A stretch of 62,847 bases of DNA, the filler included, from Stramenopiles sp. TOSAG23-2 (taxonomy: Eukaryota), in the NCBI GenBank assembly GCA_900128395.1. It is 2 parts of 2 records of this genome, joined end to end, with 100 filler letters (N's around TTAATTAATTAA, not from the genome) between each part and the next. Parts side by side here need not be neighbours in the genome. Positions count along the whole stretch, not along the records: positions 31,497 to 62,847 come from LT649372.1; 1 more part is not named here. One strand, 5' to 3'. Positions 62,711 through 62,847 of this stretch are shown one piece after another. A program made the translations under genes and the position numbers. A model generated the notes under the pieces. It was not told where the DNA came from, did not search any database, and saw only the letters and a list, made by a program, of their open reading frames with translations. The stretch's first letter is position 1; each line of letters starts with the position of its first letter.

Positions 62711-62795
62711 TATATTGTAAAAAATACTTAATATAATGATAAAATAACACTGATGTTTATATTTAATGGATTTTATAACATTACAAATATTCATA

Positions 62796-62847
62796 CAAGC
62801 GCTGTTTCTGGAATTCACCAGATTTTTGGATAGGTGTAAAATCTCAA
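62796..62847. mobile_element. end of a second, inverted copy of the TA-flanked TIR element (truncated by window end)
   Basis: 62791-62847 is the exact reverse complement of 55605-55661. Confidence 0.85.

Overview
AT-rich, gene-dense, nearly intron-free eukaryotic DNA in the standard genetic code. It is probably a heterotrophic protist such as a marine stramenopile single-cell or metagenome assembly (inference from gene content and composition). Two contigs are joined by an artificial N...TTAATTAATTAA...N linker at 31397-31496, so gene adjacency across that point is meaningless. About 25 protein genes are supported, including a SWEET, an MFS sugar porter, NRAMP, aminopeptidase N, V-ATPase subunit c, MON2, an S49 peptidase, a sulfatase, and WD40, ankyrin, RCC1 and TPR proteins. 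Two spliceosomal introns are visible. The most unusual items are: (1) an ADA2-like adenosine deaminase with intact catalytic motifs, fused to an N-terminal SPOC-like domain plus NLS and a C-terminal degenerate AlkB-like domain (52160-54202), a candidate nuclear adenosine/m6A-handling protein; (2) a VPS13/chorein-type lipid-transfer protein with an internal RGS domain; (3) a compositionally distinct island with a T7 gp2.5/NCLDV-like ssDNA-binding protein candidate and a palindromic cassette; (4) two non-autonomous TIR elements, a copia RNase H relic, and several recurring intergenic motifs that sort into upstream versus 3'-flank classes. All domain calls are by eye from motifs; no searches were run.
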